Positions 36,705 through 44,608 of a stretch of 64,000 bases of DNA are shown piece by piece. The translations under genes and the position numbers were made by a program. The DNA lies in the NCBI GenBank assembly GCA_947084845.1, contig CAMTUE010000004.1, positions 7,217-71,216 on the forward strand, in the 5' to 3' direction. The stretch is from an uncultured Bryobacteraceae bacterium. Lineage in GTDB: Bacteria > Acidobacteriota > Terriglobia > Bryobacterales > Bryobacteraceae. The notes beneath the pieces were generated by a model. The model saw nothing but the letters and a program-made list of their open reading frames with translations. It made no database searches and was not told the DNA's origin. Each line of letters opens with the position of its first letter. Position 1 is the stretch's first letter.

Positions 36705-37859
36705 ATGGCTGTGAATTGTTCCGGGTTTGACGCCTCGACCGGCTGCTATGTGGAGCTTGGATTCGACGGCTTGATTGCTTCGGTGGACACGCCGATCAGG
36801 GTTCCTGAGCGGGGGCCGTGGCTGGCGCCGGGGTTCATCGATTTGCAGGTGAACGGGTTCAAGGGGGTGGATTTCTGCGCCGCCGGTGCGAGCCTGGACG
36901 AGATCGGCGCGGCGATCGACGCCATTCTGGCGACGGGCACGACGCGGTTCTTCCCGACAGTCATTACGGGATCGGCGGAGACGATGCTGGGGTCGCTGAA
37001 GATGCTGGCCGCGGCGCGGAAGGCGCTGCCGAGGGGGCGGGCGATGGAGGCGTTCCACGTCGAGGGCCCGCATATTTCGCCGGTCGACGGTCCGCGGGGG
37101 GCGCATCCCAAGGACGCGGTGCGGCCGCCTTCGATTGACGAATTCGAGCGCTGGCAGGAGGCGGCCGAGGGCAATATCCGCCTGGTGACGCTGGCGCCTG
37201 AATGGCAGGGCGCGCCCGCCTATATCGAGCACATCACGGGGCGGGGGGTGGTGGCGGCGATCGGTCATATGGACGCGGACGAAGCGCAGATCGACGCGGC
37301 GGTGCGGGCAGGGGCGACGCTATCGACACATCTGGGCAACGGGGCGGGGGCTTCCCTGCCCCGGCACCCTAATTTCCTTTGGAGTCAGATGGCGGAAGAT
37401 CGTTTGGCCGCCAGCCTGATTGTTGACGGTATTCATCTGGGCAAGGCGTTTCTGAAGGTGGCGCTGCGGGCCAAGGGGTTGGAACGGGCAGTCCTGATCA
37501 CCGACGCAGTGGCTCCGGCGGGTTGCGCGCCGGGTGCTTACAAGCTGGGCGAAGTGGATGTCATCCTGCATCCGGAAGGGAAAGTGACGCTGACAGACGG
37601 GCAGCGATTGGCCGGATCGAGCCTGCATATGGACCGGGGTGTTGAGAACCTGATGCGGATCTGCGGGCTGTCGTTGCGCGACGCGGTGACGATGGCGACG
37701 CGGAATCCGGCGCGGGTTGGGCGGGTGGCGGGACGGCAGCGGGGGTTGGCTCCTGGGGAACGGGCCGACATAGTTGAGTTCGAGTATGACGAGCAGGGGA
37801 GGTCGATTCGGGTGCTGAGGACGTGGCTGGATGGCGAACTGGTTTTTGAGGCGCGGTGA
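36705..37859 (+). CDS. nagA: N-acetylglucosamine-6-phosphate deacetylase
   Basis: APGFIDLQVNGFKGVDF, FHVEGPHISP, THLGNGA and LITDAV motifs. Confidence 0.85.
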   Translation: MAVNCSGFDASTGCYVELGFDGLIASVDTPIRVPERGPWLAPGFIDLQVNGFKGVDFCAAGASLDEIGAAIDAILATGTTRFFPTVITGSAETMLGSLKMLAAARKALPRGRAMEAFHVEGPHISPVDGPRGAHPKDAVRPPSIDEFERWQEAAEGNIRLVTLAPEWQGAPAYIEHITGRGVVAAIGHMDADEAQIDAAVRAGATLSTHLGNGAGASLPRHPNFLWSQMAEDRLAASLIVDGIHLGKAFLKVALRAKGLERAVLITDAVAPAGCAPGAYKLGEVDVILHPEGKVTLTDGQRLAGSSLHMDRGVENLMRICGLSLRDAVTMATRNPARVGRVAGRQRGLAPGERADIVEFEYDEQGRSIRVLRTWLDGELVFEAR

Positions 37860-37893
37860 GTCGGACAGCGGGGCCCGAGGACTTGCGCTGAGC

Positions 37894-37926
37894 TGGAATT
37901 TTCATGGTTTTTCGTGGAATTTCATG
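37894..37926 (+). promoter_or_regulatory. direct repeat upstream of the RHH antitoxin (candidate operator)
   Basis: tggaattttcatg (37894-37906) and tggaatttcatg (37915-37926), 12 nt before the antitoxin ATG. Confidence 0.45.
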
Positions 37927-37938
37927 TAGGCTGAAGAC

Positions 37939-38157
37939 ATGGAGCGCACTGCTTCCCTTTCGACCGCGATCGATGCCGAGTTAAGAGAGGCGTTGACGCG
38001 ATACTGCAAGCGGCGCGGCCTCAAGATCCGCCACGTGGTAGAGCAGGGCCTTCTGGAACAGCTTGAAGACGAGATCGACCGCCAGGCGTGGCTTGAGCGC
38101 CGCGATGAGCCGAGGGTTGCCCTTGAAGCCGTTCTCTCCGCCCGCCGCGGCTCGTAG
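37939..38157 (+). CDS. type II antitoxin, ribbon-helix-helix-like
   Basis: 72-aa ORF 3 nt upstream of a RelE/ParE toxin. Its STAIDAELREALTRYCKRRGLKIRHVVEQGL segment fits a strand-helix-helix pattern. Confidence 0.7.
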   Translation: MERTASLSTAIDAELREALTRYCKRRGLKIRHVVEQGLLEQLEDEIDRQAWLERRDEPRVALEAVLSARRGS

Positions 38158-38160
38158 GCG

Positions 38161-38436
38161 ATGGCTTCCGTCTACCGCGTCGAGTTCACACGCAGCGCGG
38201 GGAAGGAGTTTCTTGGGCTTCGCCGGGAGGTCCAGGAGAAGGTTCTTGAGTCGATTGAGGTCATCAGGCGAAATCCGGCGACGACTCTGGTCCAAATCAG
38301 GAAGCTGTCCGGCCTGGAGTCCGTGTATCGTTTCCGGGTGGGGGACTTTCGCGTGGTTTATGAGTTGCGCGCGCGCCAGTTGGTCATCCTGGTCATCAAG
38401 ATCGGCGACAGGCGGGAGGTGTACCGTGCGTTCTGA
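38161..38436 (+). CDS. RelE/ParE-family type II toxin
   Basis: YRVEFTRSAGKEF..L....KVLESIEVIRRNP.....KLSGLESVYRFRVGDFRVVYELRARQLVILVIKIGDRREVYR matches the RelE/ParE pattern. Confidence 0.85.
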   Translation: MASVYRVEFTRSAGKEFLGLRREVQEKVLESIEVIRRNPATTLVQIRKLSGLESVYRFRVGDFRVVYELRARQLVILVIKIGDRREVYRAF

Positions 38437-38517
38437 TCGGGCGGATTGGAAGGAAGGGCGTTCCGATTGAACGGCGCCCTGCTATACTCATCTGAAATCA
38501 AGAGAGGGAGCACTGGG

Positions 38518-39552
38518 ATGCCCTTGACCACTCGACGTGTATTTTGCGCCATCGCGCCGGCGATTCTGGGAGCGACGGATAAGTCCGGAATGAAGCGGCC
38601 TGTGACGGGCAGCGGCAGTCACTTGTATGAGGTGATCCACGACTGGGGCGAGTTGCCGCGGACGATCAGCTATGGCAACACGCATGGGGTTTGCGTGGAT
38701 GGGCAAGGCCAGGTTTACGTCCACCATACCGTCCATGCGTCGAGCGCGAGCGAGGACACGATGGTGGTGTTCGACGGCAAGGGCAGGTTCGTGCGGAGTT
38801 GGGGGCGTGAGTTCAAGGGCGGCGCCCACGGGTTGCATATCCGCAAAGAGGGGCGGGAAGAGTTCCTCTATCTGTGCGATACGGTGCGCGCCGTGGTCGT
38901 AAAGACGACGCTGAAGGGCGAGGTGGTTTTCACGCTCGGCTATCCGAAGGAGTCGCCGGAGTACCCGCTGGATGGGGAGGGCAAGCCGGCAGGGAAGTAC
39001 AGCCCGACAAATCTGGCGGTCGCGCCGAACGGGGACATCTATGTCGCCGACGGGTATGGATCGAGCTACATCAATCAGTACAGTTCGAAGGGGAACTTCA
39101 TCCGCACGTTCGGCGGCAAGGGCAAAGAGGCGGGCCAACTGAACCAGCCCCATGGGATCGCGATCGACGAGCGGGGTCGGGAGCCGGCGGTCTTGGTGGC
39201 GGACCGGGCGAACCGGCGATTCCAGTACTTTTCCCTTGACGGCAAGCATCTGAGGTTCGCGGCCGAGGGGGGCGTGAAACTGCCGTGCCACTTCGACCAG
39301 CGGGGCGAGTTGTTGCTGGCGCCGGACCTGGAAGCGCGGGTGACGCTGCTCGACGGGAAGGACCAGGTGCTGGCGCAGTTGGGCGAAGACGATACGAACA
39401 CCTGGGGGCAGATGAGGAAGAAGGCGCGCGGGGAGTTTGTTCCGGGCAAGTTCATATGCCCGCACTCGGCCTGCTTTGACCGGGACGGGAACATATTTGT
39501 TGTGGAGTGGGTGGAAGTGGGGCGCGTGACGAAGCTGAGCAGGATATCCTAA
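38518..39552 (+). CDS. NHL-repeat six-bladed beta-propeller protein
   Basis: GAGGGAG then ATG 38518. Tat/signal-like MPLTTRRVFCAIAPAILGA. Repeats such as PTNLAVAPNGDIYVADGYG and LNQPHGIAIDERG. Confidence 0.75.
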   Translation: MPLTTRRVFCAIAPAILGATDKSGMKRPVTGSGSHLYEVIHDWGELPRTISYGNTHGVCVDGQGQVYVHHTVHASSASEDTMVVFDGKGRFVRSWGREFKGGAHGLHIRKEGREEFLYLCDTVRAVVVKTTLKGEVVFTLGYPKESPEYPLDGEGKPAGKYSPTNLAVAPNGDIYVADGYGSSYINQYSSKGNFIRTFGGKGKEAGQLNQPHGIAIDERGREPAVLVADRANRRFQYFSLDGKHLRFAAEGGVKLPCHFDQRGELLLAPDLEARVTLLDGKDQVLAQLGEDDTNTWGQMRKKARGEFVPGKFICPHSACFDRDGNIFVVEWVEVGRVTKLSRIS

Positions 39553-39557
39553 TTAGG

Positions 39558-40037
39558 ATGTCCGAGATCACAGTCCGCGTGGCCACGCCGGCCGATGCCG
39601 AGTTTATCGTCCGGGGCAATGCCTCGATGGCGCTGGAGACCGAGGGGTTGTCGCTTGACCTGGACCGGTTGCGCGATGGGGTCCACGCGCTGTTCGAGAA
39701 ACCGGAGCGCGGGGTATATTATGTTGCCGAAGTGGGGGGCAAGCGGGCTGGGCAGATGATGATCACCTACGAGTGGTCGGACTGGCGGAACGGCGATTTC
39801 TGGTGGATTCAGAGTGTGAATGTGGAGAAGGAGTTTCGGGGGCGGGGTGTCTTCACAGCGTTGTACAGATTCGTGGAGGGGCTTGCACAAACGAACTCCG
39901 GGGTGGGTTTGAGGCTGTATGTGGAGCACGAGAATGGGCGGGCGCGGGCGACGTACGAAAAGGTAGGGATGGTGAAGACGGTGTACGAGATGTTCGAGGT
40001 CGATTTTGTGCTCTCGCGACCGTCAACCGTGCTGTAA
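39558..40037 (+). CDS. GNAT-family N-acetyltransferase
   Basis: MSEITVRVATPADAEFI... and IQSVNVEKEFRGRGVFTALY, the acetyl-CoA binding Q/RxxGxG/A motif. Confidence 0.8.
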   Translation: MSEITVRVATPADAEFIVRGNASMALETEGLSLDLDRLRDGVHALFEKPERGVYYVAEVGGKRAGQMMITYEWSDWRNGDFWWIQSVNVEKEFRGRGVFTALYRFVEGLAQTNSGVGLRLYVEHENGRARATYEKVGMVKTVYEMFEVDFVLSRPSTVL

Positions 40038-40055
40038 TTTTCAACAATCGCCGTT

Positions 40056-40069
40056 GTGTTTTGCAACAC
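40056..40069 (+). promoter_or_regulatory. inverted repeat GTGTT-ttgc-AACAC, candidate enhancer (UAS)
   Basis: 5+5 palindrome about 155 bp upstream of the -24/-12 element. A second 7-bp inverted repeat, TCGCAAC (40157-40163) / GTTGCGA (40193-40199), lies closer. Confidence 0.35.
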
Positions 40070-40170
40070 GCCTTAACATCTTTCTTTTCATCTGCTTAGC
40101 CGCTTTTTGTGGAATCTTACAGCGCTTCATGTAGACATTCACAACACATGGCATTTTCGCAACTGACCCG

Positions 40171-40183
40171 CAAGTCATTGATT
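40171..40183 (-). promoter_or_regulatory. IHF-like site
   Basis: The minus strand reads AATCAATGACTTG, which fits WATCAANNNNTTR. It lies between the inverted repeats and the sigma-54 promoter. Confidence 0.4.
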
Positions 40184-40211
40184 TATTGATAGGTTGCGAG
40201 GATTTCGAGTT

Positions 40212-40227
40212 TGGCCACCAGCTTGCA
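40212..40227 (+). promoter_or_regulatory. sigma-54 (-24/-12) promoter
   Basis: TGGCCAccagcTTGCA versus consensus TGGCAC-N5-TTGCW. GG (40213-14) and GC (40225-26) have the canonical 12-nt offset. It is 49 nt upstream of ATG 40276, and a GAFTGA activator is encoded in the same cluster. Confidence 0.65.
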
Positions 40228-40275
40228 TATAGAAAGGTGCAGGCAGAAGAGCCTGAAGAAAGTCGAGATCCTCAC

Positions 40276-40938
40276 ATGACAGTCCTATTCGTAATTCTAA
40301 CCTTCACGGTCTTTATTATTGCTGACCTCGTGATGAACAAGGGCAAGGCTCCCATGGCCGCCCATGAACCGGTGCTTGAACCCGCCATTGAAGACGCCGA
40401 AGTTGCTGGTGGATACGCAATCCCTGGCCATCTCCGCTATCACCCCGGCCACATGTGGCTCGCCCGAGAGCGCAAGAACGTGAATCGGGTTGGCGTGGAT
40501 TCGTTTGCCGCTGCGTTCACCGCCGGAGTCGAGAAGATCGACCTGCCGAAGGCCGGCCAGTGGGTCCGTCAGGGCCAGAAGGTCGTCACGCTGCATCGCA
40601 ACGGTGAAAAAGTTGAGATCGTGTCGCCGGTGGAAGGCGAAGTTGTTGAAGTGAATGCCCGGATCGCCGAAGACGCTTCCCTGCTCCGCCAGGACCCTTA
40701 TGGCGAAGGCTGGTTGATGACCGTGTTTGCTCCCGACGACGAGAGCCCGGCCCGCAACCTGCTGCCCACAAACCTGGTCGCCAACTGGATGCGTGAAGCG
40801 GCCGACCGCTTGTTCGCGATGCAGCCCCAGCTTGCCGGCGCCACGGCCGCGGACGGCGGCGAACCGATTCAGGAACCTGCACTTGCTCTCGACGCCAAGA
40901 CCTGGAGCCAGGCTGGTCGCGAGTTTTTCCTCGATTGA
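40276..40938 (+). CDS. membrane-anchored GcvH-like (glycine cleavage H fold) protein
   Basis: TM helix MTVLFVILTFTVFIIADLVM. Then LRYHPGHMWLA..VGVDSFAA..G....IDLPKAGQWVRQGQKVVTLHRNGEKVEIVSPVEGEVVEVN..I..D.SLLRQDPYGEGWLM aligns by eye to GcvH. The ORF-track start 40186 lies upstream of the promoter. Confidence 0.75.
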   Translation: MTVLFVILTFTVFIIADLVMNKGKAPMAAHEPVLEPAIEDAEVAGGYAIPGHLRYHPGHMWLARERKNVNRVGVDSFAAAFTAGVEKIDLPKAGQWVRQGQKVVTLHRNGEKVEIVSPVEGEVVEVNARIAEDASLLRQDPYGEGWLMTVFAPDDESPARNLLPTNLVANWMREAADRLFAMQPQLAGATAADGGEPIQEPALALDAKTWSQAGREFFLD

Positions 40939-41019
40939 TGAAAATATCATCACTTCAGACCTTTTAGTCTGGTAAGAATCCACAGTACGGGCTAGACTGA
41001 AGACTAGCCCGGAGGTCAA

Positions 41020-41760
41020 ATGGCGCGAGCGATCCTGTATGACAGCGTACTTTGCGTAGGCTGCCGACAATGTGAAGAAACCTGTTCTGAGCGTTGGAAA
41101 CTGCCGTACAACGAGAAGATAGCGGCCGAGGAGAAGGTCTCGGCGCACAAGCTCACCGCGGTTCGCACCCATGGTGAGCGTTTCTCGAGGAAGCTCTGCA
41201 TGCATTGCATCGATCCGGCCTGTGTTTCGGTTTGTCCGGTAGCGGCGCTACAGAAGACCGAAGCCGGGCCGGTTGTTTATTTGGAGGAGCGGTGCATGGG
41301 TTGCCGATACTGCATGACGGCGTGCCCGTTCCAGGTTCCCTCCTATACATGGAGTGAACGGCTGGCTCCGAAGGTGGCCAAGTGCGACATGTGCTCGGAC
41401 CAACTGAAGGAGCCGACGCGGTGCAGTTCGATCTGCCCGACGGAGTCGACGATCACGGGTGACCGTGACGAGTTGATCGAAAAGGCGAAGGCGAGGATCA
41501 AGGAGAATCCCAAGGATTACTATCCCGCCATCTACGGGATTGAGGAGGCGGGCGGGACATCTGTGCTGATCCTGTCGGCGGTTCCATTCGATCAGATCGG
41601 CTACAACATGAACGTGCCGAAGGAAGCGTTGCCGCTGACGACGTGGGCGGCGCTGCAGCATATCCCGAACATTGTCGTGTCCGGATCGGTCCTGATGGGC
41701 GGCATCTACTGGCTGAACAACCGCAAGGAAGAGGTTGCGCGGCGGGAGGGCGGGAAGTGA
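41020..41760 (+). CDS. four-cluster [4Fe-4S] ferredoxin (HybA/DmsB/NrfC-like) with C-terminal TM helix and no Tat signal
   Basis: GGAGG then ATG 41020. Cys groups CVGCRQCEETC, CMHCIDPACVSVCP, CMGCRYCMTACP and CDMCSDQ..CSSICP. N-terminus MARAILYD has no RR motif. C-terminal IPNIVVSGSVLMGGIYWL. Confidence 0.85.
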   Translation: MARAILYDSVLCVGCRQCEETCSERWKLPYNEKIAAEEKVSAHKLTAVRTHGERFSRKLCMHCIDPACVSVCPVAALQKTEAGPVVYLEERCMGCRYCMTACPFQVPSYTWSERLAPKVAKCDMCSDQLKEPTRCSSICPTESTITGDRDELIEKAKARIKENPKDYYPAIYGIEEAGGTSVLILSAVPFDQIGYNMNVPKEALPLTTWAALQHIPNIVVSGSVLMGGIYWLNNRKEEVARREGGK

Positions 41761-42941
41761 TGAAACTGGCGATGCCGAAAATCACCTTCTGGCGTATGAT
41801 CTTCGCGGGTCTGATGCTTGCAGCTCTGTGGGCGACCTATGTACGCGTGACCGGCGGACTGGCGGCCTCGACGAACCTGAGTGACGAGTTTCCATGGGGC
41901 ATTTGGATTGGTTTTGACATCCTGTGCGGTGTGGGGTTGGCCGCGGGCGGGTTCACGCTGGCGGCGATCGTCCACATCTTCAATCTGAAGGAGTACAAAC
42001 CCGTTGTCCGGCCGGCGATTCTGACGGCGTTCCTGGGCTATGTTCTGGTCGTTATCGCGCTGATGTTCGACCTTGGCCGCCCGTGGCGTATCTGGCATCC
42101 ATTGATCATGTGGAATCCGCGCTCGGTGATGTTTGAGGTGGGCTGGTGCGTGACGCTGTACACGACGGTTCTTTTCCTGGAGTTCTTCCCGCTGGTTCTT
42201 GAGCGATTCAAGTTGAAAAGGGCGATTTCGGTGCTCAAGGCGATGATGCCGCCGATCATAATTCTTGGCGTGGTTCTGTCGACGCTGCACCAGAGTTCGC
42301 TGGGCAGTCTGTATCTGATCATGAAGGGCAAGTTGCATCCGCTGTGGTACAGCCCGCTGCTGCCGCTGCTGTTCTATATTTCGGCTATCGCGGTCGGTTT
42401 GGCCATGACGATCTTCGAGTCGTGGCACAGTGCGAGGGCGTTCGGACGGCAGCTCGAGTGGCCTCTGATTCAGAAACTGAGCCGGATGCTGGCGGTTGTG
42501 CTGGCGCTGTATGTGGCGATGCGGCTGTTTGACTTGACCCAACGGCAGGCCTGGCACTATCTGGAACAGCCGGGGTGGGAGAGCCGGCTGTTTATGCTGG
42601 AGATGATTCTGACGATTGTGCCGATGCTGCTGCTGTTCAGGGAGAAGACGAGGCAGAATCCAACGGGACTCTACATCACGGTGGTGATGTTCCTGCTCGG
42701 CTTTGTCACGAACCGGTTGAACATCAGCATCACCGGCATGGAAAGGTCCTCGGGCGTGAGCTACATTCCGAAGTGGACCGAAGTGGCGGTGACGTTCGCC
42801 ATCATCGCGGGCGCGTTTGCCATCTTCCGTTTTGCGGCGAAGCATCTGCCCGTCTTTGAAGCCGCGGAGCATCCGGCGCCGGCCGGCGAATCGGGCGGGC
42901 GCAGATCGGATCTGGTGAGCGCGGGCGCATCCGGGGATTAA
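41760..42941 (+). CDS. NrfD/HybB-like polytopic membrane (quinone-interacting) subunit
   Basis: ATG 41760 shares one nt with the upstream TGA. About 10 TM helices. FPWGIWIGFDILCGVGLAAGGF and LMFDLGRPWRIWHPLIMWNPRSVMFEV resemble NrfD/PsrC/HybB. Confidence 0.8.
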   Translation: MKLAMPKITFWRMIFAGLMLAALWATYVRVTGGLAASTNLSDEFPWGIWIGFDILCGVGLAAGGFTLAAIVHIFNLKEYKPVVRPAILTAFLGYVLVVIALMFDLGRPWRIWHPLIMWNPRSVMFEVGWCVTLYTTVLFLEFFPLVLERFKLKRAISVLKAMMPPIIILGVVLSTLHQSSLGSLYLIMKGKLHPLWYSPLLPLLFYISAIAVGLAMTIFESWHSARAFGRQLEWPLIQKLSRMLAVVLALYVAMRLFDLTQRQAWHYLEQPGWESRLFMLEMILTIVPMLLLFREKTRQNPTGLYITVVMFLLGFVTNRLNISITGMERSSGVSYIPKWTEVAVTFAIIAGAFAIFRFAAKHLPVFEAAEHPAPAGESGGRRSDLVSAGASGD

Positions 42942-42946
42942 GCCCA

Positions 42947-44608
42947 ATGGCGGACGAGACCGCATCGACGAGCCTGCCGCGATTCGGTATTGCGGCCAAA
43001 CTTGCGGTGTGCCTGGTGTCGGCCGTTCTGGCGGGATTCGGTCTTTTCAGCTATTTCCAGCAGAAGTTGGAGCAGACCCATCTCGAGACCCTGGTCGGCC
43101 TGAGCGCGGAACAGGTGGCTGACGTAGTGCATTCGTCGGCATACCGGGCGATGCTGCATAACGACCGCGACGCCCTCTACACGCTCATTCGCGATTTCGG
43201 GCGAGAACCGGGCATCCGGCGTGTGCGCATAGTCAACGAAGAAGGGCTGATCCAGCACTCGACGCACCTGGGCGAGGTGGGCGAGGTTGTGGACAAGAGC
43301 GCGGAGGCGTGCGATGCCTGCCACGCTTCGACGCAGCCGCTGACGAGGCTGGACAGAAAGGACAGGGCGCGCATTTTCACCGACGACGAGGGGCGCCGCA
43401 ACCTGGCGGTGATCCGTCCGATTGAGAACGCTCCAGAGTGCAGCAACGCGGCCTGCCATGCGCATCCGGCATCGCGCCGGATTCTGGGCGTCATCGACGT
43501 CCATCTGGCGCTCCACGGCGTAGACGCTCAACTAGCCGAATTCCGCATGCAGATGATCTCGTTCACGGCCGCCGCGGCGCTGCTGGCCTGCGTGTTGAGC
43601 GTTCTATTCGTGTTCAATGTTGTGCACCGTCCGGTGAGGCTGCTGTTGCATGCGATCGGGGAATTGAAACGCGGCGATCTGACCCATCGCGTGAACGTGG
43701 GAACGCGCGACGAGTTTGGCGTGCTGGCCAGCGAATTCGATTCGATGGCTCATGCGATCGACAAGGCGCAGATCGAGTTGCGCAGGTGGAACGACACGCT
43801 TGAGGCACGGGTGAGCCAGAAGTCCGCGGAACTTGAGAAGGCGCATAAAGGCCTTGTGGTAAGCGAGAAGATGGCGTCGCTTGGAAGGCTTGCGGCGACG
43901 GTGGCTCACGAAGTCAACAACCCGCTATTCGGCATGCTCACCTATGCGCGGCTTTGCCTGAAGGACCTGGACAAGCTCGAAGGCGACGAGTCGCGCAAGG
44001 AACGGGTGAAGGAACATCTGAGGATCATCGAACGGGAGAGCCGGCGCTGCGGGGACCTGATGAAGACGCTGCTGGCGTTTTCCCGGCAGAAGCCCCCGGA
44101 GAGGGCGCAGACGGACGTGAACACCGTGGTCGAGCGCGCGTGCTCGCTCCTGCTGCATAAATTAACGTTGTCCCGCATCGAACTGATCAAGGAGCTTGAT
44201 CCTGATCTGCCTGCGATCCTGGCGGACACGGCGCAGATCCAACAGGTGATTGTGGTGTTGCTGGCCAACGCATCGGAGGCGGTCACGGAAGGCGGATCGG
44301 TGCGGATCCGGACGGGTTGCGCGAGCGATGGCAAGGGCGTTGTGATCACTGTCACCGATAGCGGACCGGGCGTACCGGCCGGCTTGCGGGAGACGATCTT
44401 CGAGCCCTTCTTCACGACAAAGGAAGAGCAGCACGGCACAGGCCTGGGCTTGGCAGTGGCCCGCACCATCGTGGACCATCACGGCGGTTCGCTGACTCTG
44501 AATCCCGATTCGAGCCACGGGGCGGAGTTCGTTGTCCGGCTCCCAATGGAAGCGCCAGAAGAACTCGCGGCGTCGGCAGCAGACTTTAGCGGAGGAACCA
44601 AAGAATGA
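42947..44608 (+). CDS. sensor histidine kinase (TM - periplasmic Cys..CysHis domain - TM - HAMP - HisKA - HATPase)
   Basis: Two TM helices flank a sensor region of about 165 aa that contains CDACH (43310-43324) and CSNAACH (43439-43459). HAMP follows. H-box is ATVAHEVNNPL. DSGPGV and GTGLGLAV are ATP-lid motifs. Confidence 0.85.
   Translation: MADETASTSLPRFGIAAKLAVCLVSAVLAGFGLFSYFQQKLEQTHLETLVGLSAEQVADVVHSSAYRAMLHNDRDALYTLIRDFGREPGIRRVRIVNEEGLIQHSTHLGEVGEVVDKSAEACDACHASTQPLTRLDRKDRARIFTDDEGRRNLAVIRPIENAPECSNAACHAHPASRRILGVIDVHLALHGVDAQLAEFRMQMISFTAAAALLACVLSVLFVFNVVHRPVRLLLHAIGELKRGDLTHRVNVGTRDEFGVLASEFDSMAHAIDKAQIELRRWNDTLEARVSQKSAELEKAHKGLVVSEKMASLGRLAATVAHEVNNPLFGMLTYARLCLKDLDKLEGDESRKERVKEHLRIIERESRRCGDLMKTLLAFSRQKPPERAQTDVNTVVERACSLLLHKLTLSRIELIKELDPDLPAILADTAQIQQVIVVLLANASEAVTEGGSVRIRTGCASDGKGVVITVTDSGPGVPAGLRETIFEPFFTTKEEQHGTGLGLAVARTIVDHHGGSLTLNPDSSHGAEFVVRLPMEAPEELAASAADFSGGTKE

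Noticed and set aside
40186-40275. Upstream extension of the GcvH-like ORF (ORF-track start at 40186)
   Set aside because: The extension would begin upstream of, and run through, the sigma-54 promoter. ATG 40276 starts directly at a TM helix.
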